Virus record (IMG/VR): IMGVR_UViG_3300032323_001417 | Location: 1-64,000 of that record | DNA length: 64,000 nt | Strand: one strand, 5' to 3' | Origin: a virus | In this document: piece by piece, positions 35,410 through 46,596 of the stretch | Layout: every line of letters begins with the position of its first letter | How positions within the stretch are numbered: position 1 is the first letter of the stretch | Notes under the pieces: model-generated | Seen by the model: only the letters and a program-made list of their open reading frames with translations | Told to the model about the DNA's origin: nothing | The model's database searches: none | Program-made: the position numbers and the translations under genes

Positions 35410-37353
35410 ATGTCATTTATTGACTCCAACGGATCTATAACAGATCCATACCGCAACTTTATTCATATTTCAAGGTACGCTCGATGGATTGAAAGCGAAA
35501 ATCGCAGAGAAACCTGGCAGGAGACTGTTGATAGGTATTGTAACTTTATGAGAGATCATCTGGTATTAAATCACGGATATAGTCCAAATGCAAAAATATT
35601 TGGTGAAGTTAGAGAAGCAATCCTAAACCATCACATAATGCCTTCTATGAGGGCTCTGATGACCGCTGGACCTGCTTTAGAAAGAGATCATATCGCAGCA
35701 TACAATTGTTCTTTCATTGCTGTAGATAGCCCTAGAGCCTTTGATGAGGCTATGTACATTCTTATGAATGGTACTGGAGTTGGATTTAGTGTTGAGCAAA
35801 AGTATATCAATCAACTTCCAGTTATTTCAGAATCATTTTTTCAAACAAATACAACTATTGTTGTTGATGATTCAAAACTTGGTTGGGCTAAAGCTTACAA
35901 AGAATTGATCGCCCTTCTTTATCAAGGTCAAATTCCAAACTGGGACACCTCAAAGGTAAGACCATCTGGTGCAAGACTAAAAACCTTTGGTGGTCGTGCT
36001 TCTGGTCCTGAGCCGTTAGTTGACTTATTTAACTTCACAATTGAAACCTTTAAGATGGCTTCAGGAAGAAGACTTAAGTCAATTGAAGCACACGACATTA
36101 TGTGTAAGGTTGGAGAAGTTGTTGTTGTTGGTGGAGTTCGCAGAAGTGCCTTGATCTCTCTTTCTAACTTAGATGACTTTGAAATGGCAAAGGCAAAGAG
36201 TGGACAATGGTGGGAAGGAAATTCTCAAAGAGCCCTAGCAAATAACTCTGCTGTTTATAATTCAAAGCCAAATACTGCACAGTTCCTTCGTGAATGGCGT
36301 AACCTTTACGAATCAAAGTCAGGAGAGCGTGGAATCTATAACATGGATTCTGTTCGTAAGCATATTGACAAGTTTGGTCGTAGAGACTCAAGCCTTGTTG
36401 GTGGAACAAATCCTTGTGGAGAAATTCTTCTTCGTCCAAATGAATTTTGTAATTTAACCGAGGTTGTAATTGATGCAACTGATACAAAAGAAACCCTGCT
36501 TGAAAAAATTAGACTTGCTACTATTTTAGGAACATGGCAATCTACTTTGACTAACTTTAAGTACATTAGAAAAACTTGGAGAGACAACTGTGAAGAAGAA
36601 AGACTTCTTGGGGTTTCTTTGACAGGCATTTATGGAAATAAGATTACTGCTACAAATGGAAAAGCTCTTGAGGCACTTCTTGATGAAATGAGAGATCTAT
36701 CTGTTTCAGTAAATGAAAAAGAGGCTAAGTCTTTAAATATTAATCCATCAGTATCAATTACTTGTGTAAAGCCTTCAGGAACTGTCTCACAGCTTACAGG
36801 AGTATCCTCTGGCATCCACCCATGGTATTCAGAATACTATGTAAGAAGTGTTAGAGCAGATAACAAAGATCCTTTAACACAGTTCTTGAAAGATTCTGGA
36901 ATTCCATTTGAGCCAGACGTTATGAAGCCAGAAGTTACAACAGTATTCTACTTCCCAATCAAGGCTCCAAAAAATGCAGTTCTAACAAAAGACTTGACTG
37001 CAATTGATCATCTTGAAATGTGGAAGACTTATCGTACACACTGGACAGAACATAATCCTAGCGTTACTGTAAATGTTGAAGAAGATGAATGGATGCGTGT
37101 TGGTGCTTGGGTATTTGACAACTTTGATTCAATTGGTGGAGTTTCATTCCTTCCTTCAGTTGAGCACTCTTACAAGCAAGCCCCGTACCAGGAGATTTCA
37201 AAAGAAGATTATGAGTCTTGGTTAAGCAAGATGCCTGACTCAATCCGATGGGAAATGCTTTCACTATACGAAACAACAGATGGAACAACTGGAAGCCAAG
37301 AGCTATCCTGTGTTGCTGGAGCATGTGAGATTGTAGACATTTCAAGTAATTAA
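35410..37353 (+). CDS. nrdJ: Class II (adenosylcobalamin-dependent) ribonucleotide reductase
   Basis: YNCSF, GTGVGFSV, GGVRRSA, TNPCGEI, CNLTEV, TCVKPSGTVS, C-terminal C..GACE; start revised to MSFIDS. Confidence 0.92.
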   Translation: MSFIDSNGSITDPYRNFIHISRYARWIESENRRETWQETVDRYCNFMRDHLVLNHGYSPNAKIFGEVREAILNHHIMPSMRALMTAGPALERDHIAAYNCSFIAVDSPRAFDEAMYILMNGTGVGFSVEQKYINQLPVISESFFQTNTTIVVDDSKLGWAKAYKELIALLYQGQIPNWDTSKVRPSGARLKTFGGRASGPEPLVDLFNFTIETFKMASGRRLKSIEAHDIMCKVGEVVVVGGVRRSALISLSNLDDFEMAKAKSGQWWEGNSQRALANNSAVYNSKPNTAQFLREWRNLYESKSGERGIYNMDSVRKHIDKFGRRDSSLVGGTNPCGEILLRPNEFCNLTEVVIDATDTKETLLEKIRLATILGTWQSTLTNFKYIRKTWRDNCEEERLLGVSLTGIYGNKITATNGKALEALLDEMRDLSVSVNEKEAKSLNINPSVSITCVKPSGTVSQLTGVSSGIHPWYSEYYVRSVRADNKDPLTQFLKDSGIPFEPDVMKPEVTTVFYFPIKAPKNAVLTKDLTAIDHLEMWKTYRTHWTEHNPSVTVNVEEDEWMRVGAWVFDNFDSIGGVSFLPSVEHSYKQAPYQEISKEDYESWLSKMPDSIRWEMLSLYETTDGTTGSQELSCVAGACEIVDISSN

Positions 37354-37389
37354 AACCCTATTTGTGATAAAATAGATTAGAGGTACTCA

Positions 37390-40300
37390 ATGTCTTACAA
37401 AAATGCAAATCTTTATGCTTCAAGAGTGTTTGCAGAGCACCCAATTGCTTTATGGTCCTTAGATGAAGATTACTTTTTTCTTTCATTAGTTCCTGAAAGT
37501 GATAAAAAGATTACTGATTCTACATGGTCAATTTCTGGGGGACAATACTCTTCATCAACAACTTTTCCAGAAAATGCACCAATTATAGGAGACTATACTA
37601 GTAAATTTTTTATTCCAACATCTTCTAGTTCCCAGTACATTGAAATAATTGGGGATCCTATAGTTTATCAAGATTCTATTGATGAGGCTAAAGGAAGTAT
37701 TTGTTTTAGCTTAAATGTCTTTGCTCCAGTTGGAAAAAATGTTGCAACCTACGATATAGGGTTTATTGTAGGAGGGCAAAGATACTATTTAAATCATACA
37801 GTTGAATCAGAAGGATCCTGGCAAAAAATTTCTTATACAAAACAAATTATTTCAACAGAAAATTTGACACCATTCATAAAAATAAACTATAGTGACAATT
37901 TAGAAACGGGAGAAGTAAATTCTCCTGTGTATATAAATGGGCTGTCTGTAGGACAATGGTCAGAACCGTATAATCATAAAAATACTGGAGTTTTTTCAGA
38001 AGAGTTGCCAGAGAGCCTAACCTCATTGCTACCGTATGCTGGATTTTTAAAGGGATTAAGGTTAGACGCTTATGGATTTAATGATTTAGACGATGCTTAT
38101 ATTATTCAAGAAAGAAAAAGACTTCTTGCAGAAAAAGCAAATGTTCCCATGGTGTATGGATCAAGAAACAATGTGTCAATATTTTCAAAAAATCCACTAG
38201 AAGTATTTGAAGACTTTACAAGTGGCGGATCTTCTTTTGAATCTGTATTTATAGATTTAATAGATGGAGGATCCTCTAGTGCTACTTTTACAAGTTCTGT
38301 TGACGGAGGAACTTCTTCTTATGTAAATGAAGATATTTTGCTTCCATCAATTATTTTTCCAGGAAAAGGATTTTTAAACAATTCTGGAAAGTACACAAAC
38401 CTAACTGCAGAATTCTGGTTAAGAATAAACAATGAAAGTGTTTCTCCAGTTAGAATATTTGGACCACTTACTTCAGATGATGGAATTTATGTAGAGTCAA
38501 GTTTTATTACAATAAAAGTTGGAAAGCACGTTAAGTCATACTTTATTGGAAGTTGGTATAGACCAATGCTTGTTCATTTTAACCAAAGCTCAAATGAAAT
38601 ATCTTTAATGATTAATGGAGAAAAAGTTATTTCTATGCCAGTTGATTTAGAGTTTATAGAAAGCCTAACACCAGAGTCTGAAGATTTCTTAGGATTTTTT
38701 GGAGATGATAAGATTTCCATTTTTGAAATAGACTGTTTTTCAATATTCCCATACATAGTATCAGAACAAGTTGCAAAAAGAAGATATGTCTATGGTCAAG
38801 GAGTAGAAGAGCAGGACAGTTTATTAGAAAATATTAATGGAGATCTTCATCAAATTGATTTTGCTTTTTCTGGTTATGGTTCAACAATTAGCTATCCAGA
38901 TAGAACCCAATGGGACAGCGGCTACTTTAATAATTTAAAGGTGGACTCATCAGGACTATCTTTAATAGACTACAATCTCCCAGAAGTTTTATTTAATTAT
39001 GTTTCTGCATCATCAACAGTAACACAAATACAAAGTGAAAACTTTTTATCATCATTTGAATCAGATAACTTTTTAATTCAAGATGAGACCTATCCATTTT
39101 TATCAATGTCTCCAAGTGCAAGCTATTCAAACTACTACGGAACCCTGTATTTTTCTAAATTAAATCAATTAAACCATCCAACCTCTTCCGTGTATGGAAT
39201 TTTTAAAGCACCACAAGGAGTTAGTCAAGAACAGACTATTTTATATTTTGAAAATTCTAGAAACAACGATTACTTTAAAGTAGCACTAAGCTCTGGTAGT
39301 TTACAGTATATCTATAATGGATCAGTTTTAACTAAGACCCCTGTAGCTAGTGGAGAGTTCTTTGCAGCTGGATTTGATATAGATAAAATTTCAACAACCT
39401 ATGCTTCGCAAATAAAAAACTTCTTTTCAAATACTGAGACCATATCTTTCAATGTGGCTGGATACGGTGAAAGCAAGTTCTATGGAAAAATGTTTTCTTT
39501 AACAATTAATAATAAATTCTATACAGAAAAAGATTCTTTATTTAATGAATTTGGAATTGCAGAAAAAACTTTTACTGGAGATAAGTTTTCCTATGTTGGA
39601 TCGTACACGCTGGTTCCAAAAATGTCTAACTCTACAGTTTATTTAGATATAGCATCTTCAGGGTATTGGGAAAGCTCTATTCCACTTTCTTATTTTGGAA
39701 AATATATAATTGATTCAAAAGGAAATAGGGTATACGATTTAGATTTAATTCAATTTAATATTGATGCTCCAACCAGTCCATTTTTTACAGGGGATCAAAT
39801 TTCTACAGATTTTCAAAATTCTAGTCCAGTAAAGCCTTACATAACCTTGCAAGAAAAAACGAATGTTGGAATGATTCCCTATACAGATTATGTTTTAACT
39901 AGACCAATATCTCAAGAAAATAAAATTTTAAATTTTGATGAAGAAAGCGATTTAGAAACAACAAAGTTTCTTGTTTCAGATGGAACAATAGTATTCCCCC
40001 CAGACTTTGTGGGAAATTTTGCAGACCACTATATAGGAGTTCATGTTGAACTAAAGTCAAATGGAATAAAGACTAATAATCTAAAGGTTAAAAGAATGTC
40101 TTTCGCATCCCTATCATTTGATGAATCAGAATTCTTTGGAATAAATACTACTGGAGGAAGAAAGGTGTATCCAATTGTTAAGACGCAAGATCAGTATGTC
40201 TATGATCAAAAAAACCCAGTAATTATAGACATCGAATCTAGCCCTTATTTGTACTTAACTAAAAATTCTGGAATACACGTTGCACCATACTTAGTTGAAA

Positions 40301-41049
40301 GCGGTCTTGAAAGAGGGCTATCTTTTCCAATTAATCCAGAGTTAAGATCTAGTTTTACAGCAGCTGGAATTCAAATGTTTATGATGTTTGACAAAGAAAG
40401 ACTTTTTTCTTCAAGACAGCTGTTAGGAAGAATTATTTCGTCAGACAGATCTGTAGACATTGTTTTAATTCCAGAAGAGGATCAAAAAAGAGCCTCTTTA
40501 AAGTTTTTTGACACATTTACACAGAACGAAGAATCTGGATTTAAAGCGTTTTTAAATGGAAGATTTAGTGACAATATCTTAATTAGACCACTTGAATGGA
40601 ATGTTCTAACCGTTTCTTTTGAGTCTGATGCTTTTGAATTAAATTCAAGAATTGGGCAGTTAGAAATTTATTCAGGAATAGTTGTTAACAACGTTGCTAT
40701 CTTTAAAAAGTCTACTGAAATTTCTAGCATATCAGAATCTTCAAATGAGTGGATAAATATTCTTAGAGATCTAGATGTTTATGGAGCAGCTCAGCCAGAA
40801 TTTGATTGGGAATATTGGCAGGACGATACTGAGCAGGGTGGGATTGGTTTTGCTACATGGACCAACGTTTTAAACTTCCAAAGAAATACTGCAGTAAAAA
40901 TTACTATTAATGGAGAAGGAATCTTTAACTCATATACTGGTCTTTCTTCTGTAGTATCTGACGATAATAGCATTCTAAATGTCAATTTTGACAGCATAAG
41001 GCTGTTTAATGACGTAACTTGGGACACTTTTGTGACAAAACCTGTATAG
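37390..41049 (+). CDS. Large virion structural protein (LamG/ConA-like domains)
   Basis: EHPIALWSLD, TAEFWLRI..., beta-rich composition. Confidence 0.6.
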   Translation: MSYKNANLYASRVFAEHPIALWSLDEDYFFLSLVPESDKKITDSTWSISGGQYSSSTTFPENAPIIGDYTSKFFIPTSSSSQYIEIIGDPIVYQDSIDEAKGSICFSLNVFAPVGKNVATYDIGFIVGGQRYYLNHTVESEGSWQKISYTKQIISTENLTPFIKINYSDNLETGEVNSPVYINGLSVGQWSEPYNHKNTGVFSEELPESLTSLLPYAGFLKGLRLDAYGFNDLDDAYIIQERKRLLAEKANVPMVYGSRNNVSIFSKNPLEVFEDFTSGGSSFESVFIDLIDGGSSSATFTSSVDGGTSSYVNEDILLPSIIFPGKGFLNNSGKYTNLTAEFWLRINNESVSPVRIFGPLTSDDGIYVESSFITIKVGKHVKSYFIGSWYRPMLVHFNQSSNEISLMINGEKVISMPVDLEFIESLTPESEDFLGFFGDDKISIFEIDCFSIFPYIVSEQVAKRRYVYGQGVEEQDSLLENINGDLHQIDFAFSGYGSTISYPDRTQWDSGYFNNLKVDSSGLSLIDYNLPEVLFNYVSASSTVTQIQSENFLSSFESDNFLIQDETYPFLSMSPSASYSNYYGTLYFSKLNQLNHPTSSVYGIFKAPQGVSQEQTILYFENSRNNDYFKVALSSGSLQYIYNGSVLTKTPVASGEFFAAGFDIDKISTTYASQIKNFFSNTETISFNVAGYGESKFYGKMFSLTINNKFYTEKDSLFNEFGIAEKTFTGDKFSYVGSYTLVPKMSNSTVYLDIASSGYWESSIPLSYFGKYIIDSKGNRVYDLDLIQFNIDAPTSPFFTGDQISTDFQNSSPVKPYITLQEKTNVGMIPYTDYVLTRPISQENKILNFDEESDLETTKFLVSDGTIVFPPDFVGNFADHYIGVHVELKSNGIKTNNLKVKRMSFASLSFDESEFFGINTTGGRKVYPIVKTQDQYVYDQKNPVIIDIESSPYLYLTKNSGIHVAPYLVESGLERGLSFPINPELRSSFTAAGIQMFMMFDKERLFSSRQLLGRIISSDRSVDIVLIPEEDQKRASLKFFDTFTQNEESGFKAFLNGRFSDNILIRPLEWNVLTVSFESDAFELNSRIGQLEIYSGIVVNNVAIFKKSTEISSISESSNEWINILRDLDVYGAAQPEFDWEYWQDDTEQGGIGFATWTNVLNFQRNTAVKITINGEGIFNSYTGLSSVVSDDNSILNVNFDSIRLFNDVTWDTFVTKPV

Positions 41050-41067
41050 TCATGGTACAATATTGTC

Positions 41068-41439
41068 ATGGATTATCTAGAAGGATTACAAAAACTGCCA
41101 AACAAGCCAAAAGTAAGCTACGTTGAAAACGATGCTGAATATGGTCTATACGTTTGGAAAACAGAAACAGGCAGAATATTTGGAGATGGAGATGGAAGTT
41201 TTATGAATATTCCAGCCAGAAAATATGATTTGACTGCTATTAATAGAATTACACAAGCTGCAGCACATTACGGAGCTGGTCCAGGCAAGGCAGTATTTAT
41301 GCCAGGAGTTACAAGAATTACAGAAGAAGAGCACTCTGTTCAAATTGATAGAATGAAGCAAGGATACATTCCAAGTGAATTTGACACTGGTGCTTTTGCT
41401 GATGCTGCAAGGGGGCTAAAAGAGCATGGAAATGACTAA
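41068..41439 (+). CDS. Hypothetical protein upstream of portal, leaderless
   Basis: TGGTACAAT 6 nt before ATG. Confidence 0.7.
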   Translation: MDYLEGLQKLPNKPKVSYVENDAEYGLYVWKTETGRIFGDGDGSFMNIPARKYDLTAINRITQAAAHYGAGPGKAVFMPGVTRITEEEHSVQIDRMKQGYIPSEFDTGAFADAARGLKEHGND

Positions 41440-42985
41440 TGAAGTAATTGCTAGAATTGATAATCTAGACAGGAATAAGCCATCTGCAAATAAAACAGAT
41501 GACTTTATGACAGAATCAGATCTTGTAAAAAGTTTTGATGGAATTGACGCAAACTTTAAGAGAAGAATTTCAAGAATGAGCAAAGCCTACACTGGTCAAG
41601 ATGGTGCAAAGTCTAAGCAGCTATTTCCAGAACAAGATGTAACTACAGCTTACGGTCTTTTCGATGTTGTCTTGCCACCATACAATCTTGATGAACTGGC
41701 ATTCTTTTTTGATAACTCTTTTGCAAACCATGCTGCAATTAATGCAAAGGTTGCAAATACCGTTGGTCTTGGATACGGCTTCATAATGTCTGACATTGTT
41801 AAAGCAAGAATAGAAGAGATTGAAGATACGAATCAAAGAGTTAGAGCCCAAAGAAAAGTTGAAAGGGCAAAGTCTGAACTTGCAAATTGGCTTGAAGAAC
41901 TAAATGATGAAGACACCTTTACCCACGTCCTTGAAAAAGCAATGACGGATTATGAGGCAACTGGTAACGGATATATTGAAATTGGAAGAAAGAATACTGG
42001 AGAAATTGGATACATTGGTCATATTCCTGCTACAACAGTTCGTGTAAGACGTATGCGTGATGGCTATGTACAGATTGTAAATCAAAGAGTAGTTTACTTT
42101 AAAAACTTTCAAGACAAAAAGACAGTAAATCCTGTAACAGCAGATCAGAGACCAAATGAACTTATTCATATTAAAAAGTACAGCCCTAAGAACACATACT
42201 ACGGAGTTCCAGATGTTGTTTCTGCTGCAACATCAGTAGTTGGAGATCAACTTGCTGCAAGATACAACATTGATTATTTTGAGAATAAAGCAGTGCCAAG
42301 ATATATTGTTACATTAAAGGGTGCAAAGCTAAGTTCAGAAGCAGAAGACAAGTTGTTTAGATTCCTACAGTCTGGTCTTCGTGGACAAAACCATAGAACA
42401 CTTTATATCCCACTTCCTGGAGATGGTCCAGACAACAAGGTTGAATTTAAAATGGAGCCAGTTGAAAATGGAATTCAAGAAGGCTCGTTTGATAAATACA
42501 GAACTTCAAATGTTCACGACATTCTTATGGCACATCAGGTTCCAATTTCAAAAGTTGGATCAGACCCTGGCAGTTCAATTGCATCTGCACTTGTTTCAGA
42601 TAGAACTTTCAAAGAGCAGGTTGCAAGACCGTCTCAAAAGAATTTAGAAAAAACAATCAATAAACTTATTAAAGAAAAAACAGACATTCTTTTGCTAAAG
42701 TTTAACGAACTAACTTTGACTGATGAAAATACTCAAAGTCAAATTGATGAAAGATATCTAAGAGCACAGGTTGTTGTTCCAAATGATATCAGACCTAGAC
42801 TTGGACTCCCAGTAGTTCCACAAGGAGATACTCCAGTAGTTATGACCCCTCAACAACGTGCAGAACAGAATGCTCAAATGTCTGGAACAAGACAAAGAGA
42901 TCAGCAAAGAACTGATCAGACATCCGATTCTACCTCAACCACTACAGGAAGAAATCCTGGTGGCGAAGGAAGATCTGTAGTATAA
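41426..42985 (+). CDS. Portal protein
   Basis: DYEATGNGYIE, NELIHIK.YSP...YYGVP, YFENKAVP, AHQVP; position before protease and capsid. Confidence 0.88.
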   Translation: MEMTNEVIARIDNLDRNKPSANKTDDFMTESDLVKSFDGIDANFKRRISRMSKAYTGQDGAKSKQLFPEQDVTTAYGLFDVVLPPYNLDELAFFFDNSFANHAAINAKVANTVGLGYGFIMSDIVKARIEEIEDTNQRVRAQRKVERAKSELANWLEELNDEDTFTHVLEKAMTDYEATGNGYIEIGRKNTGEIGYIGHIPATTVRVRRMRDGYVQIVNQRVVYFKNFQDKKTVNPVTADQRPNELIHIKKYSPKNTYYGVPDVVSAATSVVGDQLAARYNIDYFENKAVPRYIVTLKGAKLSSEAEDKLFRFLQSGLRGQNHRTLYIPLPGDGPDNKVEFKMEPVENGIQEGSFDKYRTSNVHDILMAHQVPISKVGSDPGSSIASALVSDRTFKEQVARPSQKNLEKTINKLIKEKTDILLLKFNELTLTDENTQSQIDERYLRAQVVVPNDIRPRLGLPVVPQGDTPVVMTPQQRAEQNAQMSGTRQRDQQRTDQTSDSTSTTTGRNPGGEGRSVV

Positions 42986-43034
42986 TATAACAATATTATA
43001 AAATATAAAAAAATACATATATAATAGGAATAAC

Positions 43035-44432
43035 ATGACTAATTTAAGCAAGGCTTATTGGACATCAGATAACGATGATATCAAGTTATCAATGCCAATC
43101 GCTAAAGTAGATGTAGAGCGTAGAATCGTTTCTGGATTTGCTACGCTTGATAACATTGACAAGCAAGCAGACATTGTTCCTACTGATGTTAGCATAAAAG
43201 CCTTTGAGATGTTCCGTGGTAATTTAAGAGAAATGCATCAGTCTATTGCAGTTGGCAAAGTTGTTAATTTTAGACAAGAAAAGTTTTTTGACAAGTCTAC
43301 AGACAAACTTTACAACGGTGTTTATGTAGACGCATATATTTCTAAAGGTGCTCAGGATACCTGGGAAAAAGTTCTTGATGGCACTCTTTCAGGTTTTTCA
43401 ATTGGCGGAGTAATCAAAGATTCAGAAAATAGCTGGGATGAGAATATTGATAAGACAATTAGAATTGTCAAAGACTATGAACTTCATGAACTATCTTTGG
43501 TAGACAATCCAGCAAATCAATTTGCAAATGTCGTGTCAATCCAGAAAGTTAACAAGGATGAACAAATTGATGGTATAATTGCAAAAGCAGATCTTGAAAA
43601 TGTCTACTGGTGTGAGAATGACGGTATAGTCAGACTTTCAGAAGTTGATGATTCAAGTTGCCCATCATGTGAAGTCAGTATGAAAAATATTGGTTTTGTA
43701 GAGACAAAGGATACAGAAAAAGCTATGACAGTTAAATCAATTTTAAATAAGTTTATTGGTTCTACAGACCTTGCTAAATCTGAAGATGTTTCCGAAACCC
43801 CAGAAACTTCAGGCGAAACGCTTGAAACAGCGATTGACAATAATGCGTCAATTGTAAAAAACAATATAGAGGAGGAGAACAACGTGTCAGAAGATAATAC
43901 AGTAGTAGAAGAGACCGTTGAAGAAGTTGCAGCTGAAGAAGCTGTTGCTGAAGCTCCTGCCGAAGAAACCGTAGAAAAGTCAGTTGACGCAGTTGACGCT
44001 GTTGAGGAAACAGTAGCTAAGTCTGCTGATCCAGAAGAAGCACCTGCAGAAGAAGTTGCAGAAGAAGTTGCTTCTGATGACGTTGAAGTTGAGAAGTCTG
44101 TTATTGCAGAAGATACAACCGATTCTGAGCTTGCAAAAGCTGTTGACGAAATTAAGGTTTCAGTAACAGAGGCAGTGAGTGAACTTATTTCAACAATGAA
44201 GTCACTAAATGAAGAGATTGCAGACCTTAAAAAAGGTCACGCCACAGTAGCAGAAGAAGTTGCTGGAGTAAGAGGCAGTCTTGAAGAGTTTGGAAAGCGT
44301 GTAGATGGTCTAGAAGACGAAACCGCTGTCCGCAAGTCTGGCGATCTTGGCGGGATCGTTCAGGGCAATACAATAAGAAAAGGGTCTATGTGGGGTGGAC
44401 GTTTCCTAAATTCCGCTGACCTATATCATTAA
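43035..44432 (+). CDS. Prohead protease fused to acidic scaffold
   Basis: LREMH, GFSIGG, ELSLVDNPAN; E/A-rich coiled-coil C-terminal half. Confidence 0.85.
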   Translation: MTNLSKAYWTSDNDDIKLSMPIAKVDVERRIVSGFATLDNIDKQADIVPTDVSIKAFEMFRGNLREMHQSIAVGKVVNFRQEKFFDKSTDKLYNGVYVDAYISKGAQDTWEKVLDGTLSGFSIGGVIKDSENSWDENIDKTIRIVKDYELHELSLVDNPANQFANVVSIQKVNKDEQIDGIIAKADLENVYWCENDGIVRLSEVDDSSCPSCEVSMKNIGFVETKDTEKAMTVKSILNKFIGSTDLAKSEDVSETPETSGETLETAIDNNASIVKNNIEEENNVSEDNTVVEETVEEVAAEEAVAEAPAEETVEKSVDAVDAVEETVAKSADPEEAPAEEVAEEVASDDVEVEKSVIAEDTTDSELAKAVDEIKVSVTEAVSELISTMKSLNEEIADLKKGHATVAEEVAGVRGSLEEFGKRVDGLEDETAVRKSGDLGGIVQGNTIRKGSMWGGRFLNSADLYH

Positions 44433-44456
44433 GAGAAACTGGAGGTGAAATAAAAA

Positions 44457-45452
44457 ATGACAGAAAATAATGAAATTTTAGAAAAAGCGGCTGCAGCTGG
44501 TACTATCGCATCTGGTGGTATTGGTGGAGTAAGTACTCCAGCAGCTGGAATTCTTGACAATACTAACCCAGTTGGTGATCTAGTGTCTGATGGCGGTATT
44601 TTGCAGCCTGAACAGTCACGTCAGTTTATTGAGTATATCTTTGAACAGCAGGTTCTAGCCCAAGATGGTCGTAGAGTCACAATGAGAGCTAACACAACTG
44701 AACTTGAGAAGATGAATGTTGGAGAGCGTGTAATCCGTGCAGCAGCACAGGCAGACGCAACCTACACTAACGCTGATGTACAGTTTACAAAGGTTACTCT
44801 TACAACCAAGAAGATTCGTCTTGATTGGGAAGTTTCGACTGAAGCTCTTGAAGATAATATCGAAGGTGCTGGTCTGGAGGATCACTTGGTCCGTACAATG
44901 ACCCGTGCGTTTGCTAACGATCTTGAAGATCTAGCCATCAATGGTACAGGAGCTGGTACAAACAACTTCCTGAACATCCTTGAAGGTTTCGTATCAATCG
45001 AAGCCGATGGTAATTCAGCAACTTATGGTACAACTATCGAAAGTTTGCAGGGACTTGTTCTTGCAATGCCTCGTAAGTACCGTGGTTCCCGTTCAAACAT
45101 GAAGTTCTATGCAGACACTGAAACCGTTGCTGCAATAATCAACGGTCTTGGTTCTTCTGGTAACTTGAATTCAGAGCGTATCATTGAACGTGTAGTTGAT
45201 GGAGTTGCTCCGTCAACTCTTGGTGCACCAATTCAATATCGTGTTCTAGGTCTTCCATTGGTTGAAGTTCCTTTGATGCCAGCTGGTTATGTATCACTTA
45301 CATTCCCAGAAAACCGCATCTGGGGCTTCCAGAGAGACGTAACAGTACACCGTGAGTTCAAGCCAAAGAAGGATACAGTAGAATATACCGTATTCCTACG
45401 CTTTGGTGTAGCAGTTGAAGAAACTGATGCAGTAGCATTCATGCAAGACTAA
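44457..45452 (+). CDS. Major capsid protein
   Basis: GGILQPEQSRQFI, LEDNIEG, NDLEDLAINGT; GGAGG RBS; biased codon use; followed by terminator. Confidence 0.9.
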   Translation: MTENNEILEKAAAAGTIASGGIGGVSTPAAGILDNTNPVGDLVSDGGILQPEQSRQFIEYIFEQQVLAQDGRRVTMRANTTELEKMNVGERVIRAAAQADATYTNADVQFTKVTLTTKKIRLDWEVSTEALEDNIEGAGLEDHLVRTMTRAFANDLEDLAINGTGAGTNNFLNILEGFVSIEADGNSATYGTTIESLQGLVLAMPRKYRGSRSNMKFYADTETVAAIINGLGSSGNLNSERIIERVVDGVAPSTLGAPIQYRVLGLPLVEVPLMPAGYVSLTFPENRIWGFQRDVTVHREFKPKKDTVEYTVFLRFGVAVEETDAVAFMQD

Positions 45453-45466
45453 TTATAGTCACACTT

Positions 45467-45497
45467 GGAGGGGAGGCATTAATTTGTCTCCCCTTCA
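45467..45497 (+). terminator. Terminator after capsid gene
   Basis: GGAGGGGAGGCA/TGTCTCCCCTTC stem. Confidence 0.65.
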
Positions 45498-45532
45498 TCT
45501 ATTTATAAATGATATAATAATATAGATGTATT

Positions 45533-45724
45533 ATGACAAAAGTTAAAGATAATCTTGTTTGTTTATTTGTAGAAAATGCAAGTATCTATGAAAAAACTCT
45601 TGGTAAACTTAACAGAGGATATAATGTTGTAAGTAAAGAAGATGCTGATATATGGGTTAGTAAATTCCCCAAAATTAGAGTCACATCTCCAGAGGAGGTA
45701 GCCGAAGCTTTCGGTGTTAAATAA
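45533..45724 (+). CDS. Small head-associated hypothetical protein
   Basis: ORF track; synteny. Confidence 0.65.
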   Translation: MTKVKDNLVCLFVENASIYEKTLGKLNRGYNVVSKEDADIWVSKFPKIRVTSPEEVAEAFGVK

Positions 45725-46596
45725 TGGAAGTTTTAAGAATTAATGGGAGTGTCCCAACAGCTTCGTTTTCAAGTCTTGTTCCAAATAGCTTGTATACCCT
45801 TGAGTATTCAGACATTTTAACAGATGTAGTAGTTTCAGCAAGTGCTACCGCAAATGCAAATGGAGAAGTATCCTTCCTGCTTGATGAAAAGTACGCATCA
45901 TATGATGCAGTTTTAGATGCAAATGTTTATGACTATTTAGATGAAGTAGTTGTTGCTACAAATATTGACGTTGTTAGACCATATACAAACATCTCTACCC
46001 TTGCCACAGATTTAAATAAAACGGTTGCACAAGTAAAAGAAATGGAAAGAATTGCAAGATACATTATTGATTCAGAAGTTTCTCAAGGATTTGGATATGT
46101 TAGAAAAGAAAAAGAAATTGTTGGCAATGGATCTGACTATCTAGTAGTTAATGAAAAGATTAATAAACTTTACAAGGTGTATGAAAATGGAACTCTTTTA
46201 TATGATTCAACATCAGATACTAATGAATTAAATTTTACAATTAGCAAGGACAGGACTTCTATAGTTCCACTACACGAAGAAAGCAATAAAACAGAATACC
46301 CACAAGTATGGAGAGATAGATATTTGTCTAGAGCCTTTTCTGATGGGTATGATTATGTAATTGATGCAGACTTTGGATACAAAGTAGTCCCCCAGGATAT
46401 TCAAGAAGCTACAAGACTTTTGTGCTCAGACATCTCAAGCGATAATATGAAGTATCTTAATAAGTATATTGAGTCATTTGATAATGATGACTTTAAAATT
46501 AAATTTGCAAAAAACTTCAATGCTTCTACTGGAAACCTTGTAGTTGACAGAATCTTAACAAAGTATAAGAATAATATTCGTATCGGGGTGTTATAA
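45724..46596 (+). CDS. Head-tail adaptor
   Basis: G...VPQDIQEATRLL, TGNLVVDRIL.KY; synteny. Confidence 0.65.
   Translation: MEVLRINGSVPTASFSSLVPNSLYTLEYSDILTDVVVSASATANANGEVSFLLDEKYASYDAVLDANVYDYLDEVVVATNIDVVRPYTNISTLATDLNKTVAQVKEMERIARYIIDSEVSQGFGYVRKEKEIVGNGSDYLVVNEKINKLYKVYENGTLLYDSTSDTNELNFTISKDRTSIVPLHEESNKTEYPQVWRDRYLSRAFSDGYDYVIDADFGYKVVPQDIQEATRLLCSDISSDNMKYLNKYIESFDNDDFKIKFAKNFNASTGNLVVDRILTKYKNNIRIGVL

Noticed and set aside
35410-37353. Intein or intron in nrdJ
   Set aside because: Continuous ORF of normal length with no splicing motifs.
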